From Gammaproteobacteria bacterium (GTDB taxonomy: Bacteria > Pseudomonadota > Gammaproteobacteria > GCA-001735895), in contig JBNKUM010000005.1 in the NCBI GenBank assembly GCA_050298595.1, positions 1 to 31,006 of the forward strand: 31,006 nucleotides of DNA, read 5' to 3'. The position numbers were made by a program, and so were the translations under genes. The notes under the pieces were generated by a model. That model was not told the DNA's origin. It ran no database searches and saw nothing but the letters and a program-made list of their open reading frames with translations. Position 1 is the stretch's first letter; the number at the start of each line of letters is the position of its first letter. This document shows, in pieces, positions 17,832-28,334 of the stretch.

Positions 17832-18091
17832 TTTATTAAGGGGCTTCCCACCTTGGGGTTACCAAAGATCAACAGCTCCATTGGCGATAGCTCGACTCCG
17901 ACATCTTTGTCAGCTTCTGAATGAGACACTGGTCCTAAGATTTTCATGCCTTTTGATTTGAGTACTTTTTCCAGATTATTTGCGGTCTGACTAACCGAAT
18001 GATTACTGGCTACATCAATCATACCGTCAACAGCCTGAGCAACAAATGAAAGGGGTAATAAGGCAATTATAAGAATTATTGATTTATACAT
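17789..18091 (-). pseudogene. DUF302 family exported protein, 3'-truncated
   Basis: Signal peptide, S.HSV..T...LE..LKSKGM and LLIFGNPKVGSPL are present. The usual following 'IDLP.K.L.WED...YN.P' half is absent and replaced by repeat-derived sequence. Confidence 0.75.
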
Positions 18092-18230
18092 TGCTCCACA
18101 CTTTTTTTGAGTTAAGAAATATTAACTTCGACTACCCAGGGTATGGCTGTAGCTTATAGTATTAATTCAACTCACTTCGTTATGTGGTGAGAATCAAATC
18201 ACGTTTGATTTATTTAAGTGGGCAATGTCT

Positions 18231-18812
18231 CTAATTGTTAACAGATAAATCTATTTCCGACTTTCCTGCGGCAACCAGTATTTTAAAAGCAGAATTAACC
18301 GGAATTTTTGTGAGTGTCACCATCTCTGGTTTAGAGATGACCAGGCGACCGCTAGTCGGGTTGGGGGATCCAGGAATGAAAATAATCAGACTTTCACTAC
18401 CATCGGGTAATTTTATACGATTGGTAACCAGCCCAATTTCCATGCCAGTACCACCCTGAGCAGGGACTAATACGGTTTGTTGAAAAATAGCGTCTTCACC
18501 TTCACCATAGCCAAGAATCTGTTTTAAGGTCTGGTATAGCTTACCCAGTGCGGGCAGGTTATTCAGCAGTTTATCGATCACATTCCATAACCATTTACCG
18601 ATAAAGGTCGTGAGTATCATTCCAATCAGATAGATTAAAACCAGAACCAGCAATATACCAAGCCCAGGGAAGTAAAAGGGTAGTCGAGTTAAACCAGCGC
18701 TGGAGATAGAGGTTTCCAGATAGCCGATGGTAAGGATTAATCCACCGATGGGTAGGATAGCGACCAGCCCGGCGAGGATATTTTTGGTGAAGTGGCTGCT
18801 TATCGAATTCAT
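18231..18812 (-). CDS. DUF502 family membrane protein
   Basis: AGL...LPI, two TM helices, LP..GKLY..LKQI, IFIPGSPNPTSG. Confidence 0.88.
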   Translation of the reverse strand: MNSISSHFTKNILAGLVAILPIGGLILTIGYLETSISSAGLTRLPFYFPGLGILLVLVLIYLIGMILTTFIGKWLWNVIDKLLNNLPALGKLYQTLKQILGYGEGEDAIFQQTVLVPAQGGTGMEIGLVTNRIKLPDGSESLIIFIPGSPNPTSGRLVISKPEMVTLTKIPVNSAFKILVAAGKSEIDLSVNN

Positions 18813-18837
18813 GGTTTTCCCTGTTGTGTAAATCGAA

Positions 18838-19326
18838 TTAATTACGTACCTTAAAAGTTGGTTGATGTTGATCCAGCAATTGATAGCGCTGTAGCCAGGC
18901 TAATGCATCCTCTGCATCCCGCTCAAACCAGACTTTTGATGAGCCTAATCTAAAGGTGTAACCCCAGGCATCCATATCCTGCATCATACGATCCCTGCCC
19001 ATATCGGGCAGCTCATCAGCCAGTAAAATTTGCAGGTAACAAACACCGTTCTCCTCGTCATAATCACCTTCTGCATTCGTATCCAGTTTATCGCGGCGTT
19101 GTTGGTCCATACAGATATAATGACAGACTTCGTGCAGTATAGAGTGTATCGGTGTATCAAGTCGTGCATACAATTTATTGGCGATAAGTCCCGCTTCTGT
19201 ATCACCCCAGTAGCTGCCGGGTATGTTTGCATCGGGAACAATTTCCAGTGTCATTTGATAGCGATCTAGCAATTGGGTAAGGGTGTCGACCTGAATGTCG
19301 GAAAGTCTAAGTGTTGATTCTGGCAC
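18838..19326 (-). CDS. Conserved hypothetical protein with HExxH motif
   Basis: IPGSYWGDTEAGL, HSILHEVCHYICM, EENGVCYLQILLA, MDAWGYTFRLGS. GTG at 19326 avoids overlap with the TetR gene (track start 19395). Confidence 0.75.
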   Translation of the reverse strand: MPESTLRLSDIQVDTLTQLLDRYQMTLEIVPDANIPGSYWGDTEAGLIANKLYARLDTPIHSILHEVCHYICMDQQRRDKLDTNAEGDYDEENGVCYLQILLADELPDMGRDRMMQDMDAWGYTFRLGSSKVWFERDAEDALAWLQRYQLLDQHQPTFKVRN

Positions 19327-19364
19327 GTTTTTATCGCTGGTTATGTGGATGGGTAAATGAAGAG

Positions 19365-19967
19365 TTATTGCTTTATTGTTGTATTGGTACTGCAACTTAA
19401 CAGACTGCTAATGGTCTGTTCCAGGCGCCACCATTCTTCAGTTTTATATTCGGATTCGCTATGTCGTGTGCGAATTATCAAATAATTAATAGCTGCGCCA
19501 AAAATGCCCAGAATACCACCTACGTCTATATTGGGTTGATTAAAATGCAGGCGTACCTTTTTCACGAGCAGCATGCCCTGTTCGCTACGGATTTTATTTA
19601 GCGTCTGTGTCAATGGATTACTGGCGGACATTTCCCAGGCCATGATTTCCTGTGTCAATGGGCGGCTTTGTACCGCCTTGATATGACGTTTGAGTAACTG
19701 ATCGAGAAATTGAGGTAGAGACATCTGGCTGATCTCATCCATGTTTTCAGTAATGATTTCATTGATATTCCACCAAAGGTCCTGTTCATCGGCAAAGCGT
19801 TGCAGCAGGCCATCTATTCCACCGAAATAGCGATAGATGAGTACCTTATCGCAGCCTGCGGCGCGGGCAATGGCATTGATGCCCACTTCGGGAAACCCCT
19901 TTTCAAGCAGCAGGGTTTTGACAGCGGAGAGAATCCGGCTTTCGGTTTTAATTCGACTTTTTTGCAT
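19365..19967 (-). CDS. TetR/AcrR family transcriptional regulator
   Basis: RILSAVKTLLLEKGF..VGINAIARAAGCDKVLIYRYFGGIDGL HTH. Confidence 0.93.
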   Translation of the reverse strand: MQKSRIKTESRILSAVKTLLLEKGFPEVGINAIARAAGCDKVLIYRYFGGIDGLLQRFADEQDLWWNINEIITENMDEISQMSLPQFLDQLLKRHIKAVQSRPLTQEIMAWEMSASNPLTQTLNKIRSEQGMLLVKKVRLHFNQPNIDVGGILGIFGAAINYLIIRTRHSESEYKTEEWWRLEQTISSLLSCSTNTTIKQ

Positions 19968-20003
19968 GGGATAAAAGTTTACCCAAACTTATGCGATTTG
20001 TCT

Positions 20004-20783
20004 CTATCCAGTGACGCTTTTGCTCTGTTGCCAGAATTTCTCCATAAGATCGAGTTGTTCAGGACTGAAATCAGTACCAGATAATTGCATTTGCTCAACT
20101 ACATAATCGAAGCGGCGGATGAATTTTTCATTGGTGTTGCGTAGCGCAGATTCTGCATCTACATCTACATGGCGAGCGAGGTTTATACAGGCAAACAGAA
20201 TATCGCCCATCTCAGATCGCACATGCTGCTGGTCGCCCTGTATGAGCGCCTCACGCAGTTCGGTAATTTCCTCCTCAATCTTATCTAGCACTGGCATAGC
20301 ATCTGGCCAGTCGAAGTAATATTCGGCGGCGACATCCTGCAGTTTCTGGGCGCGCATCATGGCAGGGAGCTTTTGTGCTACTTCATCAAGTACACGGCTA
20401 CTTTCATTTTTATCTTTCTGCTTCAGGCTGGCCCATTGTTGTTTAAGGGCATCATCGTCGAGTCGATTATCGAAGTCTTTATCGAATACATGGGGGTGGC
20501 GATAGGTCATCTTGTCAACTATGGCTTTGATTACATCATTGATATCGAATTGCTGATTTTCTGAGGCGATCTGGGCGTGGAATACGATGTGGAATAGCAG
20601 GTCGCCTAGCTCTTCTTTGGTGTGTTCGATATCGCCGCTTTCGATGGCGTGGAGCAATTCGTAGGTTTCTTCCAGTGTGTAGGAGGCGATTGAGGCGCTG
20701 GTTTGTTTTATGTCCCAGGGGCAGCCGGTTTCTGGATGACGCAGGGCGGACATGAGTTGGGTTAGGGGGCTTAGGTCTGGCAT
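20004..20783 (-). CDS. mazG: Nucleoside triphosphate pyrophosphohydrolase MazG
   Basis: LR.P..GCPWD..QT, EETYE, EELGDLLFHIVFH, RHPHVF, and a second domain EE..EL...EMGDILF. Confidence 0.95.
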   Translation of the reverse strand: MPDLSPLTQLMSALRHPETGCPWDIKQTSASIASYTLEETYELLHAIESGDIEHTKEELGDLLFHIVFHAQIASENQQFDINDVIKAIVDKMTYRHPHVFDKDFDNRLDDDALKQQWASLKQKDKNESSRVLDEVAQKLPAMMRAQKLQDVAAEYYFDWPDAMPVLDKIEEEITELREALIQGDQQHVRSEMGDILFACINLARHVDVDAESALRNTNEKFIRRFDYVVEQMQLSGTDFSPEQLDLMEKFWQQSKSVTG

Positions 20784-20993
20784 TTTTATGATTCAAGTTT
20801 TGATTTGTGGTTAATCATGGCATTGTGGGGGTGGGGCGGCAATACTGCTATTTGGATGTGTAATTTATGCTGAGCGGATTTGTTGTTTCCACACACCATA
20901 GCTTCCTTAATTCGTAGTATCTGACGAGTATGCGCGTGAAACAACTGTTCAGATCGTTCCCATTCAATTCAAAAATTATCCATGCATTCTCAA

Positions 20994-21023
20994 TTGCATT
21001 AAATCCACCATCAGCGCCATAAT
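20994..21023 (+). promoter_or_regulatory. Putative sigma70 promoter for amgK-murU
   Basis: TTGCAT-18 bp-CATAAT, 33 bp upstream of the ATG. Confidence 0.45.
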
Positions 21024-21056
21024 ACGCGCCTCAAAAAATTCATCCCAAAGTAATAC

Positions 21057-22052
21057 ATGAACGATAGAATGACCGCTATGAAAACCTGGCTGGATAGCCT
21101 GGGGTATCAGAATTACTCTCTCGATATAGCTTCCGAAGATGCCAGCTTTCGCCGCTATTTTCGTCTAAAACAGGGCGTTGAAAGCTGGATCGTGATGGAT
21201 GCGCCTCCAGAAAAAGAACCCTGTGACGCATTTGTTAACATCGCACATAAAATCCGCGATATCCGCCTGAGTGCGCCAGAAATCATCCATGAAAATCACG
21301 ATGAGGGCTTTTTGCTTCTTACCGATTTCGGTAACACGTCATATCTGGATGTATTGAAACCAGAAACAGTCAATGGCCTGTACGGCGATGCTATGGCTGC
21401 CATTATGCAAATGCAAACCCGCATTGATGCTGATGATTTACCTTTGTATGACGAAGCCCTGTTGCGCCAGGAAATGGGCCTGTTTAAGGAATGGTTCCTG
21501 GAAAAACTGCTGGGCATAGAATTAACCCCAAACCAGATGAGTATGTGGAAGATGACGGTGGATAGCCTGGTGCAAAGCGCTCTGGAACAACCACAGGTAT
21601 TTGTACATCGGGATTTCCATTCGCGCAATCTAATGAAACTGGATAAAGGTAACCCCGGTATTCTGGATTTTCAGGATGCGGTGAAAGGGCCAGTGACTTA
21701 CGATCTGGTTTCTCTGTTGCGTGACTGTTATATCGATTGGCCTGAGCCGCAGGTTGATCAGTGGGTGATTGATTTCCATGATTTTGCTGTACTGGAACAT
21801 TTACAGGGTATCAAGGCGAGTCAGTTATTACGCTGGTTTAATCTGATGGGCGTGCAGCGTCATCTTAAAGCGATTGGTATTTTCTCTCGCCTCAAGTTAC
21901 GTGATGGCAAGGAGCAGTTTTTGCGGGATATTCCACGCACCCTGAATTACCTGAAAATTGTGGGTATGCATGAAATGAGTATGGTTGGCCTGTATACTAT
22001 CATCAATGAGTTAAGCCTTAATTTCAGGGTTAAATCAATGATTCGGAAGTAA
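21057..22052 (+). CDS. amgK: Anomeric MurNAc/GlcNAc kinase (APH family)
   Basis: DASFRRYFR, VMDAPP, HRDFHSRNLM, LDFQDA, YDLVSLLRDCY, QRHLKAIGIF; adjacent to murU. Confidence 0.88.
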   Translation: MNDRMTAMKTWLDSLGYQNYSLDIASEDASFRRYFRLKQGVESWIVMDAPPEKEPCDAFVNIAHKIRDIRLSAPEIIHENHDEGFLLLTDFGNTSYLDVLKPETVNGLYGDAMAAIMQMQTRIDADDLPLYDEALLRQEMGLFKEWFLEKLLGIELTPNQMSMWKMTVDSLVQSALEQPQVFVHRDFHSRNLMKLDKGNPGILDFQDAVKGPVTYDLVSLLRDCYIDWPEPQVDQWVIDFHDFAVLEHLQGIKASQLLRWFNLMGVQRHLKAIGIFSRLKLRDGKEQFLRDIPRTLNYLKIVGMHEMSMVGLYTIINELSLNFRVKSMIRK

Positions 22053-22056
22053 CAAA

Positions 22057-22710
22057 TTGAATGCAATGATCCTGGCTGCCGGTCGCGGTGAGCGCATGCG
22101 TCCGCTTACCGACAGTTGTCCTAAACCTTTACTCGAAGTCAATCATAAAGCTTTGCTAAGTTACCACCTGGAGTCATTAAAACGTGCAGGTGTTGAACGA
22201 GTGGTTATCAATGTTTGCTGGTTGGCCGAACAGATAACAAGCTACGTTGGTGATGGTAGTCAATTTGGATTAACGGTCGACTACAGCTTTGAACAGCAAG
22301 CTCTGGAGACAGCCGGTGGTATCGTGCAGGCGCTGGATAAGCTGGATGATGAATTTATTGTGGTGAATGCCGATGTATTTACCGATTACGATTTTTCTCA
22401 GCTTTTAGAGATTAATGCTGATGCGCATCTGGTGTTGGTCGCAAATCCTGAGCATAACCAGACTGGTGATTTTGCCATTGAAGATGGATTTTTATCTAAT
22501 GCCGAGCATTTGCGCCATACTTTCTCAGGAATTGCGGCCTATAAAAAAATATTTTTTAAAGGACTATCAGAAGGAAGACAAGCTTTGGCACCTTTATTGC
22601 GGCGGGCGGCGGATGAAGGTCGAATAACGGCTGAACTCTATTCAGGCCTGTGGAGCGATATAGGTACCCCCGAACGTTTGCAGCAGCTAAACGAAAGCTC
22701 TTCAATTTAA
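22057..22710 (+). CDS. murU: N-acetylmuramate alpha-1-phosphate uridylyltransferase
   Basis: AMILAAGRGERMRPLTD..PKPLL, LETAGGI, LVANPEHN..GDF, WSDIGTPERL; TTG start. Confidence 0.9.
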   Translation: MNAMILAAGRGERMRPLTDSCPKPLLEVNHKALLSYHLESLKRAGVERVVINVCWLAEQITSYVGDGSQFGLTVDYSFEQQALETAGGIVQALDKLDDEFIVVNADVFTDYDFSQLLEINADAHLVLVANPEHNQTGDFAIEDGFLSNAEHLRHTFSGIAAYKKIFFKGLSEGRQALAPLLRRAADEGRITAELYSGLWSDIGTPERLQQLNESSSI

Positions 22711-22714
22711 CAGG

Positions 22715-23947
22715 CTAAGTCTCCGGATCGGTTTCCACGATCTGTTTCAGATATTCAAGTCGGTAATTATCAATCGCTATGCCCATCTCTTTTCCCTGCT
22801 TACCCGATTGCAAAACCGGGGTCAGATCTAGCGCATTCAATTTTTCTACTAATCGAACGGCATAATCAGCCTGAGGGTAGGGATCATTTTCAAAGCCTGT
22901 TCGGCCTCGTGCATCCGCTATGCAGGCTCGGGTCATTTTTATGAATCGTTGCGGGCGTCTAAAGATATCGGTTTTATTAAAAAACCGTAGCAGGGTAGAG
23001 GGCGTCATTTCATACATGCGGTGGATGTGGGTATGAAACTCGCAGGTCATGATCGCAAGTTCACTACAGGATTTGGGTACGCGCCATTTTTTGCAAAAAT
23101 CACGCGTCAGGCTAACACCGCGTTTTTCATGTCCATGATGGCTGGGCAGGATGTCTGCCGGGGTATTGGCTTTGCCGAGGTCATGCGTGAGTACAGCAAA
23201 ACGGGTTTCATTATCATAACCAAGTTCAGCGGATTTTTTTAATGCCAGCATCAGGTGTATGCCGGTATCCACCTCGGGATGATATTTTGCGGTCTGTGCT
23301 ACACCGAATAGATTGTCGATTTCCGGGAATAGTTTATTCAGTACTCCACATTCACGCAGGCTAGTAAAGAAAACCTGAGGATCGGGCTCGGATAGGGCTT
23401 TGTTCATTTCGGACCATACCCGTTCCGAGACTAATGCATCCAGTTCTCCAGACTCTCCAATCTGCCGGATTAAATCACGAGTTTCCTTTGCGATGCTAAA
23501 TCCCAGATGAGCAAAACGTGCTGCAAAGCGGGCAATTCTAAGTACACGAACTGGGTCTTCGACAAAGGCATTAGACACATGACGTAGTAGTCGATTCTCA
23601 ATATCCTGTTGGCCGTTGAATGGATCGATTAACACACCCTGCTCATCTTCAGCAATCGCATTGATGGTCAGGTCGCGGCGTTCGAGATCCTGTTCGATAG
23701 TGATATCTGATGCTGTATTGAATTTGAAGCCGGCATATCCACGAGAGACCTTTCTTTCGGTTCTTGCCAGTGCGTATTCCTGCTGAGTCTCAGGGTGCAG
23801 AAATACCGGGAAATCCTTACCTATAGGTCTATAGCCCAAAGCTGCCATCTGTTCTGGTGAGCTACCAGTAACTACCCAATCGGTATCCTTAACAGTTAAA
23901 CCTAGAAGCTGATCCCGGATTGCTCCCCCTACACGGTAAACCTGCAT
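22715..23947 (-). CDS. cca: Multifunctional CCA-adding enzyme with HD domain
   Basis: VGGAIRD, DTD, DFPVFLHP, RRDLTINA, EDPVRVLRIARF, HPEVDTG.H, HDLGK. Confidence 0.96.
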   Translation of the reverse strand: MQVYRVGGAIRDQLLGLTVKDTDWVVTGSSPEQMAALGYRPIGKDFPVFLHPETQQEYALARTERKVSRGYAGFKFNTASDITIEQDLERRDLTINAIAEDEQGVLIDPFNGQQDIENRLLRHVSNAFVEDPVRVLRIARFAARFAHLGFSIAKETRDLIRQIGESGELDALVSERVWSEMNKALSEPDPQVFFTSLRECGVLNKLFPEIDNLFGVAQTAKYHPEVDTGIHLMLALKKSAELGYDNETRFAVLTHDLGKANTPADILPSHHGHEKRGVSLTRDFCKKWRVPKSCSELAIMTCEFHTHIHRMYEMTPSTLLRFFNKTDIFRRPQRFIKMTRACIADARGRTGFENDPYPQADYAVRLVEKLNALDLTPVLQSGKQGKEMGIAIDNYRLEYLKQIVETDPET

Positions 23948-23952
23948 AGCGG

Positions 23953-24900
23953 TTATTTTCTGGGTAGCTGTTGCCGATAGCGAGCATAATCGCTGCGGCG
24001 ATCATAGGAACAACTCAGACCCTTTATATAACCGGAGAATGAAGTTTTACAGGGCTGTGAAGATTCACTACAGGTGCTGGGCGTCTGTAAAGAGCGAAAA
24101 TTATCCAGGGTAAATAATTTACCGGGCAGGTTCTGTAACATGACTGCCTGTAATTTAGCCAGGCCATCTGGTAGACCTACTATTTTGCATCGACTCCCGA
24201 TGGCGTGAGCGACCTGTTGAACAATCTGTTTCAGGGTATAGGTTTCCGGACCACATACTGCATATCTTTTTGACCAGCTATTCTGATCCTCAATACTGTC
24301 TGCCATGAGTGTTACGAGATCTTCGATGTAAACGGGTGAGAAGCGACTGTCGGCACAGGCGATGGGGAAAACTCCAAAGCAAAACTTTAAAATCCCGGCA
24401 AATCGATTGATGAAACTATCATCAGCCCCGAAAATGACGGAGGGTTGAAAGCTGGTAACACGCAGGTCTTTCTGGCCAAAGGTATGTATCATGTTTTCAC
24501 CTTCACCCTTGCTGCGTAGGTAATTACTGCTGCCCGTCGCCTGGTCAGCGCCTAAGGCACTGACATGCAATAGACGTTTTATTTTCTGTGACTGACAGGC
24601 CTGCACAACAGTCTTTACAAAATCAACATGCATATGGCGAAAGTCGTTTTTTCTCGATTCATTCAGAATGCCCAGCAGGTTGATGACGACATCATGACCC
24701 TTGCATATCTCTGAAAGTTTATCCGCTTGCATGATGTTGGCTTCAATAAGAGAGATATTGGAGAGCACTTTTAACGCATTATGTCGCTGAGGTCTGCGGC
24801 AGGGTATGGTTACCTGATATCCGCGTTGGGCGAGTTCAACAGCCAGATGACGGCCGACAAACCCACTGCCACCGAGTAAGATAATCTTTTGATAGTTCAC
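23953..24900 (-). CDS. NDUFA9-like NAD(P)-dependent epimerase/SDR
   Basis: GGSGFVG, VINLLGILNE, HVSALGA, YLRSKGEGE, PSVIFG. Confidence 0.88.
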   Translation of the reverse strand: MNYQKIILLGGSGFVGRHLAVELAQRGYQVTIPCRRPQRHNALKVLSNISLIEANIMQADKLSEICKGHDVVINLLGILNESRKNDFRHMHVDFVKTVVQACQSQKIKRLLHVSALGADQATGSSNYLRSKGEGENMIHTFGQKDLRVTSFQPSVIFGADDSFINRFAGILKFCFGVFPIACADSRFSPVYIEDLVTLMADSIEDQNSWSKRYAVCGPETYTLKQIVQQVAHAIGSRCKIVGLPDGLAKLQAVMLQNLPGKLFTLDNFRSLQTPSTCSESSQPCKTSFSGYIKGLSCSYDRRSDYARYRQQLPRK

Positions 24901-24905
24901 GAATG

Positions 24906-26243
24906 TTAACCTGTAGTCGTTGTTGCTTTGTTACCTGATGGTTTTCTGCGGCGATTACCCGAGTTGCGGTTTTGATTGTTAGAGCGAGGACGGCCTCTGC
25001 TATTGTTGCCAGGCCGGCCTTTATGCTGGTTAGCCTTAGGCAGACTGCCCTGCATTTTTTTGCGTGGTTCGGGTTTAATCAGCAACTCACTGGTGATTTG
25101 TTCTGTAGGAATGGATTTTTCGATATAGCTTTCTATGTCCATCAAGTTCATCGCGTAATCTTCGCAGGCAAAGCTGATGGCCATGCCTTCTTTACCAGCG
25201 CGAGCAGTACGGCCAATTCTGTGCACGTAATCTTCACCCAGGTCGGGCAGGTCGTAATTAAATACATGCGTTACGTCTGGAATATGTAATCCTCTGGAAG
25301 CGACATCGGTAGCGACCAGAAAAGCATATTCTCCATCGTGGAACTTCTTTAGCAGCTTTTCGCGTTTATTCTGATGGATATCACCTGAAATGACGGCAGC
25401 CGGATAGCCATTGCCCATCAGATACTCCCATACTCGCATAGCGGCATGCTTGGTATTAACGAAAACAATCGAACGTTGTGGCTCAAGCTGTTTAATCAGG
25501 CCCAGTAGTAGTGGGATCTTTTCGGGGTTGGCCGGATGGTAGGCCACCTGCTGGATACGATTTACCGCAGGGCTGTCGGATTCGATCTTGACCAGTACGG
25601 CATTGTTCATATGCTCGTAGGCCAGCTCCATTACTTTTTGAGCCATGGTGGCAGAGAACAGCATGCTCAGGCGTTTTTCCGGCGGCGGCAGGCGACGTAA
25701 CAGGTAGCGCACATCCTTGATGAAACCCATGTCGAACATACGGTCAGCTTCGTCCAGTACCATGCATTCAGCAGATTTGAGGTTGAACAGGTGTTGCTTG
25801 AAAAAATCGATTAGTCGGCCAGGCGTGCCTATTAAAATATCAACCGGTTTATCAAACTGTCTTTTTTGTTCTTCATAGGCTTTTCCACCATAACAGATAG
25901 CCACATTGAGCCCACAGTGAGGTATCAGGGTTTCGGCATCTTTATGTATCTGTAATGCCAGTTCCCGGGTCGGTGCCAGTATCAGAACGCGTGGTTTACC
26001 CGGTTCAGTTTTTACTTCTGGTTGAGATAAAAGGCGTTGCATGCAGCCTAGTAAAAAAGCCAAAGTTTTACCGGTTCCAGTTTGTGCCTGTCCGGCACAA
26101 TCTTTGTGCTCAAGCAACAAGGGTAAGGTCTCGGCCTGGATAGGAGTGCAAAATTCGAGATTATTTTCCTGCAGTGCCTGTTGTAATCGGGGATCAATGG
26201 ACAAGGTACTTAAGCGGATGTCTGTCAGATGATGTGTACTCAT
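24906..26243 (-). CDS. rhlB: DEAD-box RNA helicase RhlB
   Basis: CTPIQA, AQTGTGKT, PTRELA, DEAD, SAT, ATDVASRGLHI, HRIGRT; divergent from trxA-rho. Confidence 0.93.
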   Translation of the reverse strand: MSTHHLTDIRLSTLSIDPRLQQALQENNLEFCTPIQAETLPLLLEHKDCAGQAQTGTGKTLAFLLGCMQRLLSQPEVKTEPGKPRVLILAPTRELALQIHKDAETLIPHCGLNVAICYGGKAYEEQKRQFDKPVDILIGTPGRLIDFFKQHLFNLKSAECMVLDEADRMFDMGFIKDVRYLLRRLPPPEKRLSMLFSATMAQKVMELAYEHMNNAVLVKIESDSPAVNRIQQVAYHPANPEKIPLLLGLIKQLEPQRSIVFVNTKHAAMRVWEYLMGNGYPAAVISGDIHQNKREKLLKKFHDGEYAFLVATDVASRGLHIPDVTHVFNYDLPDLGEDYVHRIGRTARAGKEGMAISFACEDYAMNLMDIESYIEKSIPTEQITSELLIKPEPRKKMQGSLPKANQHKGRPGNNSRGRPRSNNQNRNSGNRRRKPSGNKATTTTG

Positions 26244-26383
26244 TTAGTCCTGTATTGTTGGCTTTATTATCCGCATGATAGCACGCCTGAAGCTGGTGTC
26301 GGGCGAAAAATTCCTGTACAGGTACTCAGGCGTGAAGATCTTCTGGATTGATAATCGTTATCCGGGAATCACAATTAGTTAGC

Positions 26384-26412
26384 TTGACAGTCAGGTTGGT
26401 TATGAATAAATT
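26384..26412 (+). promoter_or_regulatory. Putative sigma70 promoter for trxA
   Basis: TTGACA-17 bp-TAAATT. Confidence 0.65.
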
Positions 26413-26459
26413 GACCTTCCTTAATACTGAATGCGTAAATTTGAGCTGGAGAACACCTC

Positions 26460-26786
26460 GTGAGTGAAAAAATTGTATACCTGACCGACGACAGCTTCGA
26501 AGCTGAAGTTATTCAGTCTGAGCAACCTGTTCTGGTCGATTACTGGGCAGACTGGTGCGGCCCTTGCAAGATGATTGCGCCTGTACTGGAAGAGATTGCC
26601 AGTGAATACGAGGGCAAGATCAAGGTTGCCAAGCTCAATATTGATGAGAACTCCGGAACTCCACCCAAGTATGGAATCCGTGGTATCCCAACATTAATGT
26701 TGTTTAAAGGCGGGAATGTTGAAGCGACCAAGGTTGGTGCCCTATCTAAATCACAGTTAACTGCCTTCATCGATAGTAATCTGTAA
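26460..26786 (+). CDS. trxA: Thioredoxin
   Basis: [21 protein letters not shown]; GTG start with GGAG RBS. Confidence 0.97.
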   Translation: MSEKIVYLTDDSFEAEVIQSEQPVLVDYWADWCGPCKMIAPVLEEIASEYEGKIKVAKLNIDENSGTPPKYGIRGIPTLMLFKGGNVEATKVGALSKSQLTAFIDSNL

Positions 26787-26796
26787 AATGATCAAT

Positions 26797-26833
26797 AACG
26801 GGTCGTTCAAATAAATTGGACGACCTGTTTTTT
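26797..26833 (+). terminator. Intrinsic terminator after trxA
   Basis: aacgggtcgttcaa-ataaa-ttggacgacctgtt stem (two G-U pairs) followed by a T tract. Confidence 0.7.
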
Positions 26834-26845
26834 GTGTGCTAACCT
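26816..26845 (+). promoter_or_regulatory. Putative rho promoter overlapping the trxA terminator
   Basis: TTGGAC-18 bp-TAACCT with an extended -10 (TGc). Confidence 0.45.
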
Positions 26846-26981
26846 CAGTTTTAATTAATCGCCCATTCGTTGGCGCGTTTCAAAAAAATAAACCCCTATA
26901 TTTTTCAAATTAATTTTTCTAACAGGCTATATTTCCGGCAGTCATTTCTGACTTTCTTATTTCGTTCTGAATAAAAAAACT

Positions 26982-28238
26982 ATGAATTTAAGTGAATTAA
27001 AAAAACTAAGTGTCCCCGAACTGGTTGAAATGCTGAAAGAAATGGGGGGTGATCATTCATCGCGCATGCGTCGACAGGATATCATCTTCAGCCTGCTTAA
27101 AGCACAGGCTAAAAAAGGTGAAGATATTTTTGGCGATGGGGTTCTTGAAATACTTCAGGACGGGTTTGGTTTTCTTCGTTCAGCAGATAGTTCATACCTG
27201 GCAGGACCTGACGATATCTATGTTTCACCCAGCCAGATTAGACGCTTTAACCTTCGTACTGGTGATACCATCAGTGGCAAGATCCGACCACCTAAAGATA
27301 GCGAACGTTATTTTGCATTGTTAAAGGTTGATCAAATCAACTTTGATTCTCCTGAAGCGGTTAAACATAAGGTCCTATTTGAAAATCTTACTCCTTTGCA
27401 TGCCGAAAAACGTATGCATCTGGAGCGTGGAAATGGCAGTACCGAAGACATCACCGCACGTATTATCGATATGGTGTCACCTATCGGCAAAGGTCAGCGT
27501 GGCCTGATTGTTTCACCTCCTAAAGCTGGTAAAACCCTGATGTTGCAGAATATTGCACAGAGTATTGCTAGTAATAATCCTGAATGTTACCTCATTGTAT
27601 TGCTGATCGATGAACGACCAGAAGAGGTTACCGAAATGACGCGTATGGTTAAGGGTGAAGTGGTTGCTTCAACCTTTGATGAGCCTGCTAGCCGTCATGT
27701 TCAGGTTGCAGAAATGGTTATAGAAAAGGCCAAGCGGCTGGTAGAGCATAAACGTGATGTCGTCATCTTGCTCGATTCAATAACCCGTCTTGCCCGAGCC
27801 TACAATACAACTATCCCATCTTCAGGCAAGGTGTTGACTGGTGGTGTAGATGCACATGCTCTGCATCGTCCTAAACGTTTTTTTGGTGCAGCACGAAATA
27901 TCGAAGAGGGCGGTAGCCTCACTATCCTGGCAACTTCATTGATTGAAACAGGCTCCAAGATGGATGAAGTTATCTATGAGGAATTTAAAGGCACCGGTAA
28001 TATGGAAATCCATATGGATCGTCGTATCGCTGAAAAACGCGTATTCCCAGCGATCAATATCAATCGCTCCGGCACACGTCGTGAAGAGTTGCTGATGGAT
28101 CCTGATGAATTACAGAAGGTATGGATTTTACGTAAATTTCTGCATTCTATGGATGATCTGGAAGCGATGGAGTTTGTTCTGGCTCGTATGCAGAACTCCA
28201 AGACCAATAGCGAATTTTTCGATCAAATGAAGAAGTAG
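26982..28238 (+). CDS. rho: Transcription termination factor Rho
   Basis: [44 protein letters not shown]. Confidence 0.98.
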   Translation: MNLSELKKLSVPELVEMLKEMGGDHSSRMRRQDIIFSLLKAQAKKGEDIFGDGVLEILQDGFGFLRSADSSYLAGPDDIYVSPSQIRRFNLRTGDTISGKIRPPKDSERYFALLKVDQINFDSPEAVKHKVLFENLTPLHAEKRMHLERGNGSTEDITARIIDMVSPIGKGQRGLIVSPPKAGKTLMLQNIAQSIASNNPECYLIVLLIDERPEEVTEMTRMVKGEVVASTFDEPASRHVQVAEMVIEKAKRLVEHKRDVVILLDSITRLARAYNTTIPSSGKVLTGGVDAHALHRPKRFFGAARNIEEGGSLTILATSLIETGSKMDEVIYEEFKGTGNMEIHMDRRIAEKRVFPAININRSGTRREELLMDPDELQKVWILRKFLHSMDDLEAMEFVLARMQNSKTNSEFFDQMKK

Positions 28239-28334
28239 TTCGATCTTTACCCGCAGCTAATTAAAATGAATGGGTTTAATACTTAGCTGAAAGTATTTGA
28301 AATTAACCGCAAGATTCAAACCTGATTATTCTGG

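Noticed and set aside
17671-17961. 96-aa plus-strand ORF
   Set aside because: It overlaps trhA out of frame and is antisense to the DUF302 pseudogene.
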